Assembly: GCA_964187785.1 (NCBI GenBank)
Contig: OZ076413.1
Location: forward strand, 42,348,001 to 42,412,000
DNA length: 64,000 nucleotides
Direction of reading: 5' to 3'
Source: Amphiscolops sp. MND2022
Lineage: Eukaryota
Position 1 is the first letter of the stretch, and each line of letters starts with the position of its first letter. The notes below the pieces were generated by a model that was not told the DNA's origin, searched no databases, and saw only the letters and a program-made list of their open reading frames with translations. Both the position numbers and the translations under genes were made by a program. Below are positions 1 through 13,182 of this stretch, piece after piece.

Positions 1-983
1 TACCATTTTAAATGCCTTTTTGCCCAAAACGGCTAGAAAAGACATGTTATAAAGTCTGCTGCATGAATTGTTGCCTTTGCATGTAAATATATGTAATGCT
101 TGGCTGCCATTGTCATTGTAGCCATGGAGGCCATATAAACATTTGACCACCGCTAGCCCTTTGATGTATATATTTAGCGCGATGATGATGTCACGGTGCT
201 ATTTTTAGCCATTATGATCTAAAAATAGATGCATGACAACATGAATTTAGATCATCACCCCCTGCCCTAACAATAATTACCCAGGACTAGCTGTCCTTGG
301 GGACACAATTCGACAAACCGCAATATTATCAGGTCACCATTTTCGATAATACCCAGATACAAATTATTAACTCTTTCACTGTTAATAACCGTTTACTAGA
401 ATAATTTAAATATTACCTCTAGTACAATCATTTATGCCTTCCACAAGAAGACAGAAAGCTAAAGCAAGAAAGTCTAGAGAAATGGACATGATGTCCGATA
501 TAGACAACTTGGACGTAATGCTAGGTAATGGGAGTGGCAACCCCATAGAAAGAGAATTAGCTGAGGCTATTGATCAATCTTCAGTTCATGATGATGGTGA
601 AGCCAATATGTACCAAAGGAATGATTACAGGGATTTTCCCCATGAAAACAGTGAATTTAGACAAAATGTTGTTAGACAGTCCTTTGAGACCTTCTCAAAT
701 GAATGTAATCTCAGGCTGTCTCAGGAAATGGACTCCATGATGTCCATGGTCCATAACCAAATAAATAGGGCTATTAGCGCAGCTATATCTGAAAGAGTCA
801 TTCCAGAGATCCAAAACATTGTTAGTTCAATGTCGTTTTCAGGAAATAGGGACACTGAGGCAAGCATGTCCCCTAATAGTCTGGAGAATAGGGAAAATAC
901 ATCCGGGTTGAAATCTAAATTGACAAAAAAGGACTCACGGTCCGCTTGTGATCTAAGAGACACCACAGGCCGTGGCTCTCACA
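1..983 (+). mobile_element. 3' part of a solo or 3' LTR of a Ty3/Gypsy-like family (5' end outside window)
   Basis: Ends ...GGC TCT CAC A at 983, in the same frame and motif (G-x-H-A|) as the LTR end at 34621 (GGA CTT CAC A|TG). No PBS follows, so it is a solo or 3' LTR. Inferred by analogy within the window. Confidence 0.6.
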
Positions 984-994
984 CAAAGGTATAG
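434..994 (+). CDS. LTR-encoded ORF with a basic N-terminus and predicted helical/coiled-coil region; probable N-terminal part of a Gag-like protein
   Basis: Uninterrupted 186-aa ORF. N-terminus MPSTRRQKAKARKS resembles MPEKVSKRKARRDS of the second LTR ORF. The last codons run into flanking DNA. Confidence 0.55.
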   Translation: MPSTRRQKAKARKSREMDMMSDIDNLDVMLGNGSGNPIERELAEAIDQSSVHDDGEANMYQRNDYRDFPHENSEFRQNVVRQSFETFSNECNLRLSQEMDSMMSMVHNQINRAISAAISERVIPEIQNIVSSMSFSGNRDTEASMSPNSLENRENTSGLKSKLTKKDSRSACDLRDTTGRGSHTKV

Positions 995-3309
995 GCCGCC
1001 TGAAGAAATTCAGTGAAAAGAATAATTTATGCAACATTTACTTTAAGTCTTCATTTATTGTAAAATAAACATTATAAAACATGCATTTTGTGGAACTATG
1101 CGTTCGGGGAATCGTAGTATGATCTCCATGATTGATATCATCTCACTACGAAAGGAGTGATAGTGCTGTGAGGATCAACCGGAGTAGTTAAAGATTTAAG
1201 TTTAAGAAAGTGACAATCAGAAACGCATAATTTAGACTATATATAAAAATAAATGAATGGGTCATGTTTTAGCTCACGAAATGTTTCGCATCGGGGGTTA
1301 AGAAATTTGGGTTTTAGACTTGAAAATATATAAAGTTTAGAAAAATGTTGACACATTTTTCCTCGGTCTAGAAATAAACATTTCAGGTGAGCGTAGGTAT
1401 AACGGGAATCATTGTTTCGTAAATGAAATGGTTGTAAAAAATTGATGTGCAGCTGTTCTGTGCATATAAAATTTGTGAGTAAGTTGGAGATTTTCCATTT
1501 TTTACATTTTCCGCTAGGCGAAATTCGATAACTCGCTAAAGTCTGGAGTAGGTTGAATGCAGGACCACACGCAAGATTTAAGATTGAGAGAATGAAAAAT
1601 TTGAGAGAAACTATGAAAGAAAATGAAATATTCATAATCAAAACAGCTGTTAGGTAAACTCCACAGATACTAATCGATTAGTTGAAAAAAAGGAAATACG
1701 AAATACTACTACTTTGAAAAATACCTTCTTTGAAGTAGGAAAAGAAAAGAAAAAGTTTCGAAAAACGGTTGCTCACGAAACGAAAATGATCAAAATTTTG
1801 AAATTTTTCTTGTCTCAGAATTATCCGATCTGGCTTATGCGTTTGGCTTGAGCGGACTTAAATTATGATGCATGTGGGAAACAGTCCAAGTTTGAAGATA
1901 AGAATCCCCAACTTTTATATTTTGATGGCAACATCAGAATAGCCACCAGTGAAGCGAAAACATGAACAAAAAACACTGTTAAGCAAGACAAATTAACATT
2001 GCGAGCACCAAGATCCCGTGAAAATGAATGAAGGTTGAAAATGTGAAAAAGAAAGAGACTACAGTGAGTCCTAGGTATTTAGTGAAATAAAACAAAAGGT
2101 CGTATAAGTCTCGAAAAATGCATAGTTGATGTTTGAAGAAAAGCATCGAGAAGCACTCGTTGAAGTGAATTAACCAGGTTAATTAGGGTGAAGTTAATTA
2201 AGGCTCAAAGAGGAATTTCAAAACTCTGAAAACCCAGCAAATGCATGCTCCAGAACCAAAAAAGGAGGTCACGGGAAAACTGTGAGAAGCTGAAAATGAG
2301 GGTTTGTGATTTATTTGGTAAAAGTGGTGAAGTGGGGGTATTGTTGTCGAAAAGTTCGATGACGTCAAGGATGAAGTGATTGCAATCTAATATGTAATGT
2401 CAGTCCTTCAAATTGTGCTTCTTGTACCCGGAATCAACTACTGAGTCGAAAACGAAGCATATTACGTCAATTTCTCATCATGTCCGATAGCGCCAGAAAC
2501 ATCACAAATGTAATTTGTATTAGAAGGAATTACCCAAACGTTCTGCCTGGAGCCAGAGTTTAAAAGCGAAAAAATTGAGATGGTTCGTGGAAAAACTCAA
2601 ATTCGTATATGAATTGAGTCATGAATGTTTCGGTCTCGCAAACATAGCTGGCCTTTGGAATCTTTCAGCTTTTTGCTACTTTGATATGAGAACCGCCACA
2701 GCCGTAACTTGTTTCTATTTTTCTTAGCCAACCATTTTTCTTCAGTTCAAGCTAATTAGGCGGTACTCAGAAAACCCTGGTGACAAATCTTAAATCCGAC
2801 CATAAAACAATTATTGGCCGTTTCACTTTCCCATTTTACCACCAGGCAGTAATCTGCAAGAATTTTGCATACATCCACCGAATCTGCAGATTTTTGCTGC
2901 AATACTCTTTGAATGGTCTTGCATTTCAGACGAAACCCATTAGATCAGATATTTCTCGCCGGACCAGACGCTTCTTACAAAATTCTTTGACGCATCTTGC
3001 AAAAACATTCCAAACAAAGCAGGAACAAGGACAAGCAGGTATCTGGAAGTTAAAAAATGCACAAACACCTTGTTTCTTAGTTTGAAGCGATTCAAGTCAG
3101 AATGAATCGCGTGTTATTATTTTCCGTCCATATTTCATATGGAAAAGGAAAATATTTAAATCAAACGTTTTTTTTTACAAAATTTGCCAAGAATTAAATT
3201 ATATCCTAGCTGAAGGGTTTCACCCATAGAATTCAACTGATGTAAACTTAGTATCATGCGGTATGTATTTATCGAGATTTTTGGACTTTTTTGGTTGACT
3301 CCAAAGATC

Positions 3310-5330
3310 CCAGAATGACCCAAAAATGACCTAAAAATGACACAAAAATGACACAAAAATGACCCCAAAAATAGTAAAAACTGCAAAATTTTCCAATTTT
3401 GTGCAATTTTTGTCAAATTATCGATAAATTTCCTGGCTTTGAATGTTGAGAACAATCCAAAGAGAAAAAAATGATTGTTATCCAAGAGGCTTTTTCAAAA
3501 AAAATAAATGCAATTTTTTAATGAAAAAATGCCTCAAATATAGACCCAAATTGACAAAAATACTCGAAAATTCAGAATTTTGAAAATTTTATGCAATTTT
3601 TGTCTATTTTTCGAAAAACTTGGTGGCTTAGAATGTTGAAGACGTTCAGTAAGGAACAAATTCGATGTCGTGGTTGCTTCTTTGAAGAGATAAAAGCAAT
3701 TGGCGTTGAAAAATGCATCAAATTTTGACCGAAATTGACAAAAACACGAAAAAATTCAAATTTTGAAAATTTTTGCAGTTTTTGTGTAAATTTGGAAAGC
3801 CTTGGTGGCTTAGAATTTCAAAGACTATCAGCAAGGGACAAATTGGTTGTCAGGAAAGCTTTTTTAAGGAAATAAACGAAGTTTGCGACCAAAAATGGTT
3901 TACGACAAAACTTTCGATTTGCGACCAAAAATGACAATAACTTCAAAATGTACCGATTTTCACGTTTTCATGCGACGTTTGTCAAATTTCTAAAGATTTC
4001 ATGGGTCAGAATTTTGAATATCTTCAACCACGAAAGATTTCGTTGTCCAATAGGGTTCTTTGCGGAGATATATACAGTTTTGTAAAAAAAGTATTGCCAC
4101 ATGGACCCCAAAATAGTAAAAAAAATCTGACTTTTTTTACATTTTTGTATTTTACAATGCAATTTTTGTAAACGTTTCAACCTTTTCATGGATTACAACT
4201 CTGAAACGATTCAACAACAACTGAAGGCGTTGTCTGGTGGGCTTTCTGATGGGATAAGTGCCAGTTTTTGGTAACAAATGTGCTTTAATTTGACTCAAAA
4301 ATTGTCCAAAACTCCAAAAATCTCCAGTTTATGTAGGTTCTTCATGGTATTTGGGTACAATTTTTTCAAGAATTTGTTGAGCTGGATGGTTCAAAACAAT
4401 CAAAGGCGATGGAATCAGGTATGCAGTTTCCTTTCTTGATGAGAAAATTACACTGCTTTACATCAGAAATACTTCAAATTTAAATTTTGTTTTCAAATTT
4501 TGAAAGTTTTTGTGACTAGGAAAGTTCAAAACCTTCGAAAACGAAAAAGCTAGCTATGCAGTACGCTATTTTGAAGAGAGCTAGAGTATTTTGCTTCAAA
4601 AGTACTTCAAAAGTGACCCTGATTAGTTGGAAATAAAAAGTCTAAAATCAACGTTTCTCATGCAAAGTTCTGAGTTTTTTGAGACGTTTCCATCGTTGGA
4701 AGACAGAAAACCCTCAACAGCGATTGAATGCGTTATTCACTAGGTTTTTGAAGGGGAAATGCAGTTTGACGTTAGAAAAGAGCCTCAAAACGACCCCAAA
4801 ATAGTCGAAAAAAAACAAGTTGTGGCAGTTGTTCGACAAATTAGTGAATTTCTATTGAAAGTTACCAAAACTTCCTAATAGTCCAGAAGTCTAACCTTCC
4901 GGAGTAGGCATGCAGAATTTTTAAAAAACAAATCTACAATTGTGTATGCAAAAAGTTCGTCAGAACGACTTGAATTTTAGTGAAAATCAGTTCTTTGTTT
5001 TTGATATGTTGATATACTTTTTTTGTAAACGCTTCGAGCAATTTTGGTATTCAAGAACGACTGGACCCATTATCCAACAAGCGTTTTTAAGAAGACATCT
5101 ACAGTTTCTCATAAAAGTTCCTCAAATGACCGCAAAGTTGTCGAAAAAGCAAAATTGTAGAAATTCTGACGCAAATTTGAATAAAAATCAATTGGTTTGG
5201 TTTTGGAATACACACAATCTGACGAAAAACAAAATAGGTGTGCGGTGTCTTCTTGAAGTATTCCCTTCTGAAATGGCATGACATTATTCAAAAAGTGTCG
5301 AACCTTTTTTCATCAAACCTCTATGCGTTT
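3310..5330. repeat. Degenerate tandem array, ~180-bp period
   Basis: A GACCC(C)AAAA-like anchor recurs at ~3361, 3543, 3727, 3922, 4103, 4292, 4792 and 5128. The first units share TTTTGAAAATTTT..GCAATTTTTGT..TGGCTTAGAATGTTGA. Confidence 0.7.
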
Positions 5331-5339
5331 TCATAGTGC

Positions 5340-5950
5340 AATGGCTACTGTTGAGCCTCAAAAATATGTCATTGCTGGAACAGTTGGGACGGAAAATATC
5401 CTGCTGGTCAGCTGGCGTCTTGTTAAAATCGTTTCTCGTTGAAAGCTTCGGGGAAACGACAGTGAGTGCTTATATCAATGTCGAAATCAATCAAATGGTC
5501 CTTATGGTTTACCACACGACGAACGTTCTGCAGATGAAGGTGCATGGGATTTCTTTATGACAATCTAAGTTGGTGTCCGTAGTGTAGCATGTGATGCAAT
5601 GAATGTGACGGGTCCTCCACAACTTTATTTACTAACTAAATATTAAGCACGTCAGGTTGCAGATAGTGGAACATGATACTGCTGAGTTTCGGGAGGCACT
5701 TCGCTTGCGTCGAGTGTCGCAGCCAGGTACTATTCTCATTGCAGTTTTCAACTTGGTAACTATTCTCTGGACATGTTTGCTTCGATCCCAGATGAACTAC
5801 TTTTCGGTGGTGTTAACAAAGGAGGCGATCGAAGACAACACAGTGCTTCTCTGGATGTCCTCCATGTTGTTCCCACTAGTGACGGAGCACATGAATTGAC
5901 AGTACACGAAACAAGAAGAACAAAATTTTTTCTGAAGTTCGAGAAGATCT
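5340..5950 (+). pseudogene. Possible decayed immunoglobulin-like domain sequence
   Basis: KISCWSAG (~5395) followed by LNIKHV/VADSGT*YC (~5636-5682) resembles the Ig B-strand Cys and the DSGxYxC motif. This reading needs frameshifts and stops. Confidence 0.25.
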
Positions 5951-8338
5951 AGTTTTCCGAAAACAAAATGTTTTTAGTCCCACTTACTCATAAAACTAAA
6001 AGAAAAATATTGAAACATCTAGCCCATCAATGTAATTTAATTTAGCAATGAAATTGATGTCAAAATTCGAATCGATGAAGGCGGTAGTCCTCGATTGGAT
6101 ATGAAGTTGAATTAATCGAGACCTTGTATTCTAGAATTACAACAATCATCAATTACGTCACACACTAGCCAACACGATGATCAGCGATACCCTAGTCCAG
6201 ATTGCTTGACCTTTTTACATGCTGCATGGAAACATGCAGGCTAAATTTTTTTTACAAAACATGGAAATTCCGGGAGCCTGCATGGAAACATTTTGTAGGA
6301 TTACAATGCAGCCTCCACTATTTGAATTAAAACAATTCCACTTCTTCCCCACCGCGATCACTTTGTTTTCATGCGTAAATTTCTCAAGTGAGTATCTTAT
6401 GTAATCACCGTTAGCCAGATAGCACGCTGAATATGACGCTACTTTGAACTTTACAATGAGACTGAAGTTTATTTGCATTGAAAGCGCGGTAAAATTGATG
6501 ACGGTCTCAGCTGCTTTCAAAATTAGAACTGAGTCTTAATTAAACCTGCAAAACTTTGGGGCGCAACATTGCCGCCAAATTTAGGATGCATTTTATAGGC
6601 AGCTTGATAAAACTGAATCGAATCAGTGAAGTTTTGTTGCATGGACGTTTCTTTGAGTATTTTATAAAATCCGAGGAGATAACAAGGAACAGAACCAATC
6701 AAGGACTCCCATCTAACTAACGAAAGAAATTTTTGGCACCATCGCTGAGACCACCACCCTCTGCACATTTGGCTCCTGCTCTCTCATTCCAAATCTCGCC
6801 CTGGAAATGTCATTTCATCAAGACGGAAATATAGTTTACTTATATTTGTAATGTACATATTATGTCATATATACTTCTTTATGGAATTTATGGAGACATT
6901 TATAATAAAGCCTATGGCTGTGAGCCACCCTACGTTTACTGTACTTAATCCCTATCCCCAAGTTTGAGCCATATCAATATTTAATAATTGTGTTCCCCTT
7001 AGTTCCGGTTTTCGCTACTGTATCTGCTAATAGCAAATGCAATCCTGATTTAATAGATGGTTTATCACGATACAGAAAAAGCGAAAGAGTTTATCTGCTC
7101 AAACTGGACCAACGGATGTAAAAGAGATGAACAATTCAGGAAAGTAGAGATATTCCGCCTCAGAGCAAACGTATAGGCTAAAATGAACCAGCTTGTCCTA
7201 AACTTATCAGAAGTTCACCCGGTGTATGTCGCCTGACTCAAATACAAGTAAAACAAGATGCTTTGTGTCACTAGTTAATACATCTTTTTGCTAACGTTCA
7301 AAGATCATCGTAAACTTATCATTTACCTACTAAACAATTGCAGTGATGAATATTAGATGTATTGTTGCTACTAAGTGCATTTCGTGTAAAGTTCATCGTT
7401 AATACATCGTTCGTTTTAAATGTTCTGCAGGTAATTAAAGAACTGCTGATTGAAACAATGATTCACGTGGGATTAGTCAAATATGTCAATTGTGCATTAA
7501 AATGAACTACCCAGCGGCATATATCACTACTAGTTGTCGTATAATTATAACTTAACACCAACCCACCAACCCAGAGTAGGCAATGATAGTGCTGGATGGT
7601 AAGAGTTGCGTCTAACTATCCGACCATGACACGCAAATTTGTCAAAGGGATGGATGTCATTACTAAATAGTAATTGGGAAGTGTAACTTGACGATCGGTT
7701 ACCGAATCTCTGATGAAGCTTCATTCGAAACTTGAAGGTTGTAAACACCGTTTATAAATCCTTGCTAACTCATAACATTCACATCTACCTGGTATTGCTG
7801 AGTTTTGGAAACGTATTTTGTGATCCAGAATCCTGAATTGAACCGACTTGATCAAATGTTCATCATATATTCATCATTCCATTTCAAAACTATTACCACA
7901 ACCTTAGTTCAGATTGGTGAACTAAGGTTCGAACTCGAGAGAAAGTGACTCTACAATTAGACAACCGCACATTGAAGTCAAGAACAAGTAATGATAAAAT
8001 CATCTCCATTTTAACTGTTCACTAATCACACCGTTTTTCCATCTTATGAGTGTTGATCACAGTAGAATACTTGGAAACGGCAAAATTATTAAATCGAACA
8101 CTCCAGAATCCCCAGAAAACGGCAACACGATGACAAGTACTGCTGATGTGAACAATGAAATGACTAGTGAGTCTTATGACGTGTCTTCTCAGATCACTAA
8201 AACAAAAGAGACTGTTGGGAGGAAATATTGCTTAGCAAAATGAAACTGGCGAACTCCAGACTCTTATGATTGCTATGCTGCAAAAGTCCATTCAGTCTAG
8301 TCCTGCAACGTTTGAACAAGGTCCTTCAAAGCCGCCTG

Positions 8339-9196
8339 CCCAGTGACACGAATCTTGGCACGCTTGCCAAGATGCATGGGTATGCTTGCCAAGATCTTGG
8401 CAAGATCTTGCCAAGATCTTACCAAGGCTACCATGATCATGCAAGATCATGGCAAGGCTGACCATGCGTCTTACCAAGCGTACCAAGATTTTCCATGTAT
8501 CTTACCAAGCTTTTCCATGTGTCTTGCCAAGCATACCAAGATTTTTCTATCCATCTTGCCAATCCAACCAGGATTTTTTCATGCATTTTGCAAAGCATTC
8601 CAAGATTCAGTAATTAGAACCCGTTACCTCAATAGATCAGGTAATAGCATGATTTGCATAATTTTAAACAAATCATCGCTAGAAAAGTTGGTTTTCACAC
8701 CGATATCGCAAACCCGCAAGTTGCAATAACTTGATTCGGAGTTTGCTTGGTATGATAAGTCATGTTAGTAGTAACAATGCCGTGCTCTCAAGTAACAAAA
8801 CTCGGTCAATAGGTGCAGCGAATTATTGAGCAAATTTTGGATAATTTTCAATTAAAAACTATTTTCAATCAATAAATATTATGTCCAAAGTTATTACAAT
8901 GGCTAATTCAAAAATTGCAGACGACAAAGAATTTTTGCGAAAAGAATAAATTATGCACAATTAATACCAGCTTACATGTCTTACCATGGTTATCTTGTCA
9001 AGATCTTGCCATGATCTTGCCATGATCTTGGCAAGCATTTCCACATGGAACGCTTGTCAAGATCTTGCCAAGATCTTGCCAAGATCTTACCAAGCGTAGC
9101 ATGCATCATGTTTTTCCATGCGTCTTGGTAAGCCTACCATGCGTTTCCATGTTTTTCCAAGATCTTGGCAAGGCTACCAAAATTCGTGTCACTGGG
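8339..9196. mobile_element. Non-autonomous DNA transposon (MITE family A), CACTA/EnSpm-like
   Basis: TIR CCCAGTGACACGAAT...ATTCGTGTCACTGGG, 2-bp TSD TG, and many subterminal CAAGATCTTG palindromes at both ends. Confidence 0.88.
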
Positions 9197-11250
9197 TGCA
9201 GACAGGTTTGACAACAGACGTTTTTTCATAGTGCTACCAGTTTCAAACATTTTCGGCCAAGATCTGAAAGTGAAGTCGGACTTGGAATCAGCACATATAG
9301 AGCCTTAAACTAATATTTTTAGAACTGGGAACTAATACGAACAATTCTTTGTTAAACTGGACCACTTGATGACCCCAATTCGTTCTGAAGATGTTTTCCG
9401 AACAACCTATATTAGAAGATAGGAGGTAAAACTATTTTTACAAACGGCTAGCCTTTTCCACAAATTAGTTTTTGCCGAATACGAAGTTCTCAACAAGCCG
9501 GTAACGGTCCAAGTCTGCTTCACGTTGAAGATTGAACGATACGTCCGCTAAGCACCGGGATATTTTCCACCTTCTCTGCCTTCACCAACTGAGCCATATA
9601 TGTTGACTATTTTAGTTGACTATTTACTTAGTTGACCATTTTAGTTAAGTCACTGTTTTGGTTACTCGAATATTTTAATTGCGAGTTCAACTAGGTGATG
9701 TGGATAGAGATCGTCGAGATTTGGCATAATTTAGAGAAAAAAACGCAACACAGAGATTATGATTTACCTCGCTCCCTTTTAATGTGGGTGGAAAATAGCA
9801 AGCGTAAAAGAACACTTTTAAACAAATTTTTGGGCTGCTGAAAGTCTTTATCTTTTTCTTTAACTTGAAACAGTTAGAAAAGGAAAAATGGTGAATTAAA
9901 AAAAAGTCACTCTGTGCCACAAATGTTTAGCTTTGTGTTTTGACGCTAAATGCAGTCCAAATTTGCTCTAGAGCAATATGATATCTTTCAAAAAAGTTGA
10001 ACAAAAAAGTGAACATTTCGATGCAATGCTGAATAAAAACTATTATTCAGTATTCCAACAAAAAGTTTCAGTATTAGTTCACTCGTTTTTTAAATGCATC
10101 GAATAAACTCATATCAGGTGCTAAGCGCAAGCTCCGCAACGAATGAACGTTGTGAGAGGTGATAAAAACTAACTCATAAAGAATTTGTCGAAGGCCGCCC
10201 AAAAACATGAATAAGAAAGTTAATGCAACTTTTGTTCAAAACGTTTTTCTCATGTCCTTTAAAGTTGCCAAGTTCTTTATTTCTATGTGGTTTTCAACGA
10301 TTGATTTTTTAGCTGCTTGAAACAAGCATCCCAAATGTGGTGACGATTTGTAGCTTGAAGTTTTGCAGCTTTCCAAAAAACAGTTCCAATTTGAATGTAA
10401 CTTATGTTTCATCATTTTTACCGCGATGGTTTTGCAAAGTAACGTCATCAGGAGCATGTTTTCTGAAAAGTGGTGATTACGTTAGATGAGTAGCTGAGAA
10501 ATCAAAAAGTGAAAACGAAATGAAGATAATTTTCGATTCAGCGGAAACTGAAGAGTACTTCGTCAAGATTTATCACATGAATCGTACTGAATTTTCTATG
10601 TTTTAGAAAAAAATCCACTGCAAGGAGTCTCGAACATGTAACGTAACATCACTTCTTGTGGCTTCAGTTTCACAATAGAAGTCTTGAAACTTGAAAACGA
10701 TTTCTCTTGTACTGACAAAAAGTGTAATTTTCTATGCAATATATTTTTGAATTGAAACAAGTGTAGAATTAGTCAAGGTTCTCTTCAATATTTATAAACG
10801 AACTCATCATTCATCAGACTAGATTGAAAACAAGAAAAAGGTCCCAAACTTGGGTGGGAAAATGCATTGGGGTACAAAAATATGGTGAGCAATAGACTTT
10901 GCTCGCCTAAACACATGATGGATATTGTCTTTCAAGCGTTTGGTGGAATTAAATTCATATGCTTCTCTAGAAAATGCATGAATAAGGCAGAATATTCTTC
11001 CCACATTATCACCAACGAAACACTGCACTCAGGGATACAACTTTGTGAAATTAGCACTGCCTGTTGATCTTTCTCCCTCATGGAGTCAATAACGAAACAC
11101 ACTTTAAACTTTCAATATGAGAACTGCATGTGAGAAACAGGAAGTTTTGCAAATGATGTGAATAGAATTTCGCATTTATTTGATGAACAGAGTTGGAACC
11201 GGGCTTAAAAACGGGCCGAGCTGCGCTTGTGTTTTGATAGTTGTAGATAA

Positions 11251-13182
11251 GGGGCGGATTCGCGTGATTTAAAGATATGCTTTTTCTTGAGTAATAGACT
11301 GAAGAAGCCTATTCTCCCAAAATCTAGGACTAAAATTGAGTAAAAGAATGTTAATGGAACCTTTTAATGGAAATTGTTCATTGAACAGTATCATTCCAAA
11401 CATATACACAAGTCCATTTCAAGTGTTCAACAGTGCGTTCTTCACGTTGAGGAGCCAAAGTGTGCCGGAACATCGAAAAAGTTTCACACTGGCCAAAGGC
11501 GCTTGCTTCAGTTTTGGTACGAGTGAAGGACAGAAACTAAAACCTTCAACAATTTTGCCCTCCTGAACGGCAGCTATGTTTCTGAAGAATCCAATGTCTG
11601 GATTTTTCTTGAGAACATTATTCAACTTGACGTTGTACTTTGGCATCGATTTTCCTGTCAACAAATTTTCTGCAGTTTGGAGAATTGTCAATGTTTCGAC
11701 TAAGCTGTTCCGACCTTCGAGTTTGGCAATGGAATCGCTCAACGTCTTGAAGGCGCAGTTAACAAACGCCAATTGTTGCTGAAGGATGTCTTTGGAAATT
11801 ATTGCTTTCCGTTTTCTCACTGTGGCCACTTTTTTGTCTGGTGCTTCAATAAACTTGCAGACATTTTCAAAATTCTGACAATAAAACACGCCTGCTTCAA
11901 TCCAGGTGCGCCATCTGAACGGGATCGCTTCAAGTGGCAATGATAAACCGGTATAACTCTTGAATTCGCGCTTCCGAGTTCCTAATTCCTATAGCAAAGT
12001 CGTCAACAACCGGATTCTCAGTTCTAATAAACTCCTGTAGGCGATTTAATCCAAATGCGAGGCAGGTAACGTGCTTCTTTTCAGTGAATATATTTTTAGG
12101 CTTTCACCCATTTTCATCATGTAACTTGATGTTTTTAATCGCCTACCGGAGCTGCAGCTTCGGAAAGAAAACGCTTCAACCAATTGTACTAAATATACCC
12201 ATCATAAAGTTTTCCTATGACAGTCATTAGTAATTTAGAAATTGAGTGACTTTGACATTATCCGTTTTTTGAAGTTCTGATAGCTCAAAGAGATAAGGCG
12301 CATGGTAGCTGTCTTTTTGTAACTTTCCAATCATCACTGCAGTAATAGATTGGTTTTGAGAGTCAGTAGTTTCGTCTACAATAACGTACAAACCATTTCT
12401 CAATAAATCTTGTCGAGCGTTGTTCGAAAAGTCAAATTATTCCTTTCTAATATGGTCTTTTCGAAGAGCGGACTCTGAAGGGCACGCGCGCTCACGTTAC
12501 ATCCCCAAAAACGTGCGAAAGTTTGCGTCTGCAAGCTTTTTCAGAGGAACATCTGAGCGTACCATTGCCTCAGTAAGATCGCCATAAAAGTGATTGCCAT
12601 TGTTACATTGAAACAAAAGCTGCTGCCTTTTTTCTGCAGTTGCAACGTTTTTTACACGTTTCCCAGTTTTTCCATGTGCCTCTGCCAGGAACATTATTTT
12701 GTCTCCGTAAACAAGTAAACAATTTCAAAAATGCAAGGTGTACATAGCAGTTTATTCTTTGACGGAATGTAATTCCAACTCTTTTTTTTTCACCACGTAT
12801 TTTGGAAATCAGAATGTTCACACCAAGCTCCTCTTTAGGAATTTTCAATTCTGAAATAGATGTAAGGGGAAAAAGCAGATTGAACGAGATAATGGCAGAA
12901 TAAAAAATGAACGAGATAAGCAGACGCACACCCACGCGCTCGCTGAGCCGATCAAACGTGAGTTATGTGCTAATCGCTATTGCTTTAATAAAATTTGCGA
13001 AAATTTGCGGTTTGCTGACGTGAATGAGTTAGTAAACGCTCGAGTTAATGTTAATTACATAGAGACGATAATATAGACAATCCGGCAAATCGAAATTAGG
13101 TGAGGTTCAACTGAGAAAATTGAGTCACCTCCTCAAAATTGAGTTATTGATTGAAAAACTGCTCAGCAAGAAAATCCGCCCT
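11251..13182 (-). mobile_element. Decayed hAT DNA transposon (CGGBP1-like transposase)
   Basis: Short inverted ends GGGCGGATT (11252) and AATCCGCCC (13173-13181) enclose the transposase remnant. No 8-bp TSD is visible. Confidence 0.75.
11340..12760 (-). pseudogene. hAT transposase pseudogene
   Basis: Motifs LYVIVDETTD (~12363-12392), HVTCLAFGLNR (decayed CxxH, ~12045-12075) and PFRWRTWIEAGVFYCQNF (~11880-11925), with multiple stops and frameshifts. Confidence 0.85.

Noticed and set aside
1237..3485. ORFs 1237-1641, 2780-3085 and 3156-3485
   Set aside because: F/I/K/L-rich low-complexity translations of AT-rich DNA with no motifs.
6808..6980. Possible small solo LTR (TGTCAT start, AATAAA)
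   Set aside because: No second copy, no clear CA end and no TSD.
8270..8729. ORFs rich in LARSCQDL (also at 53363-54746 and 57609-57980)
   Set aside because: These are translation shadows of palindromic CAAGATCTTG MITE repeats, open on both strands, with no protein signature.
7960..9600. Possible decayed coding sequence interrupted by MITE A
   Set aside because: Multiple stops and no recognisable family motif.
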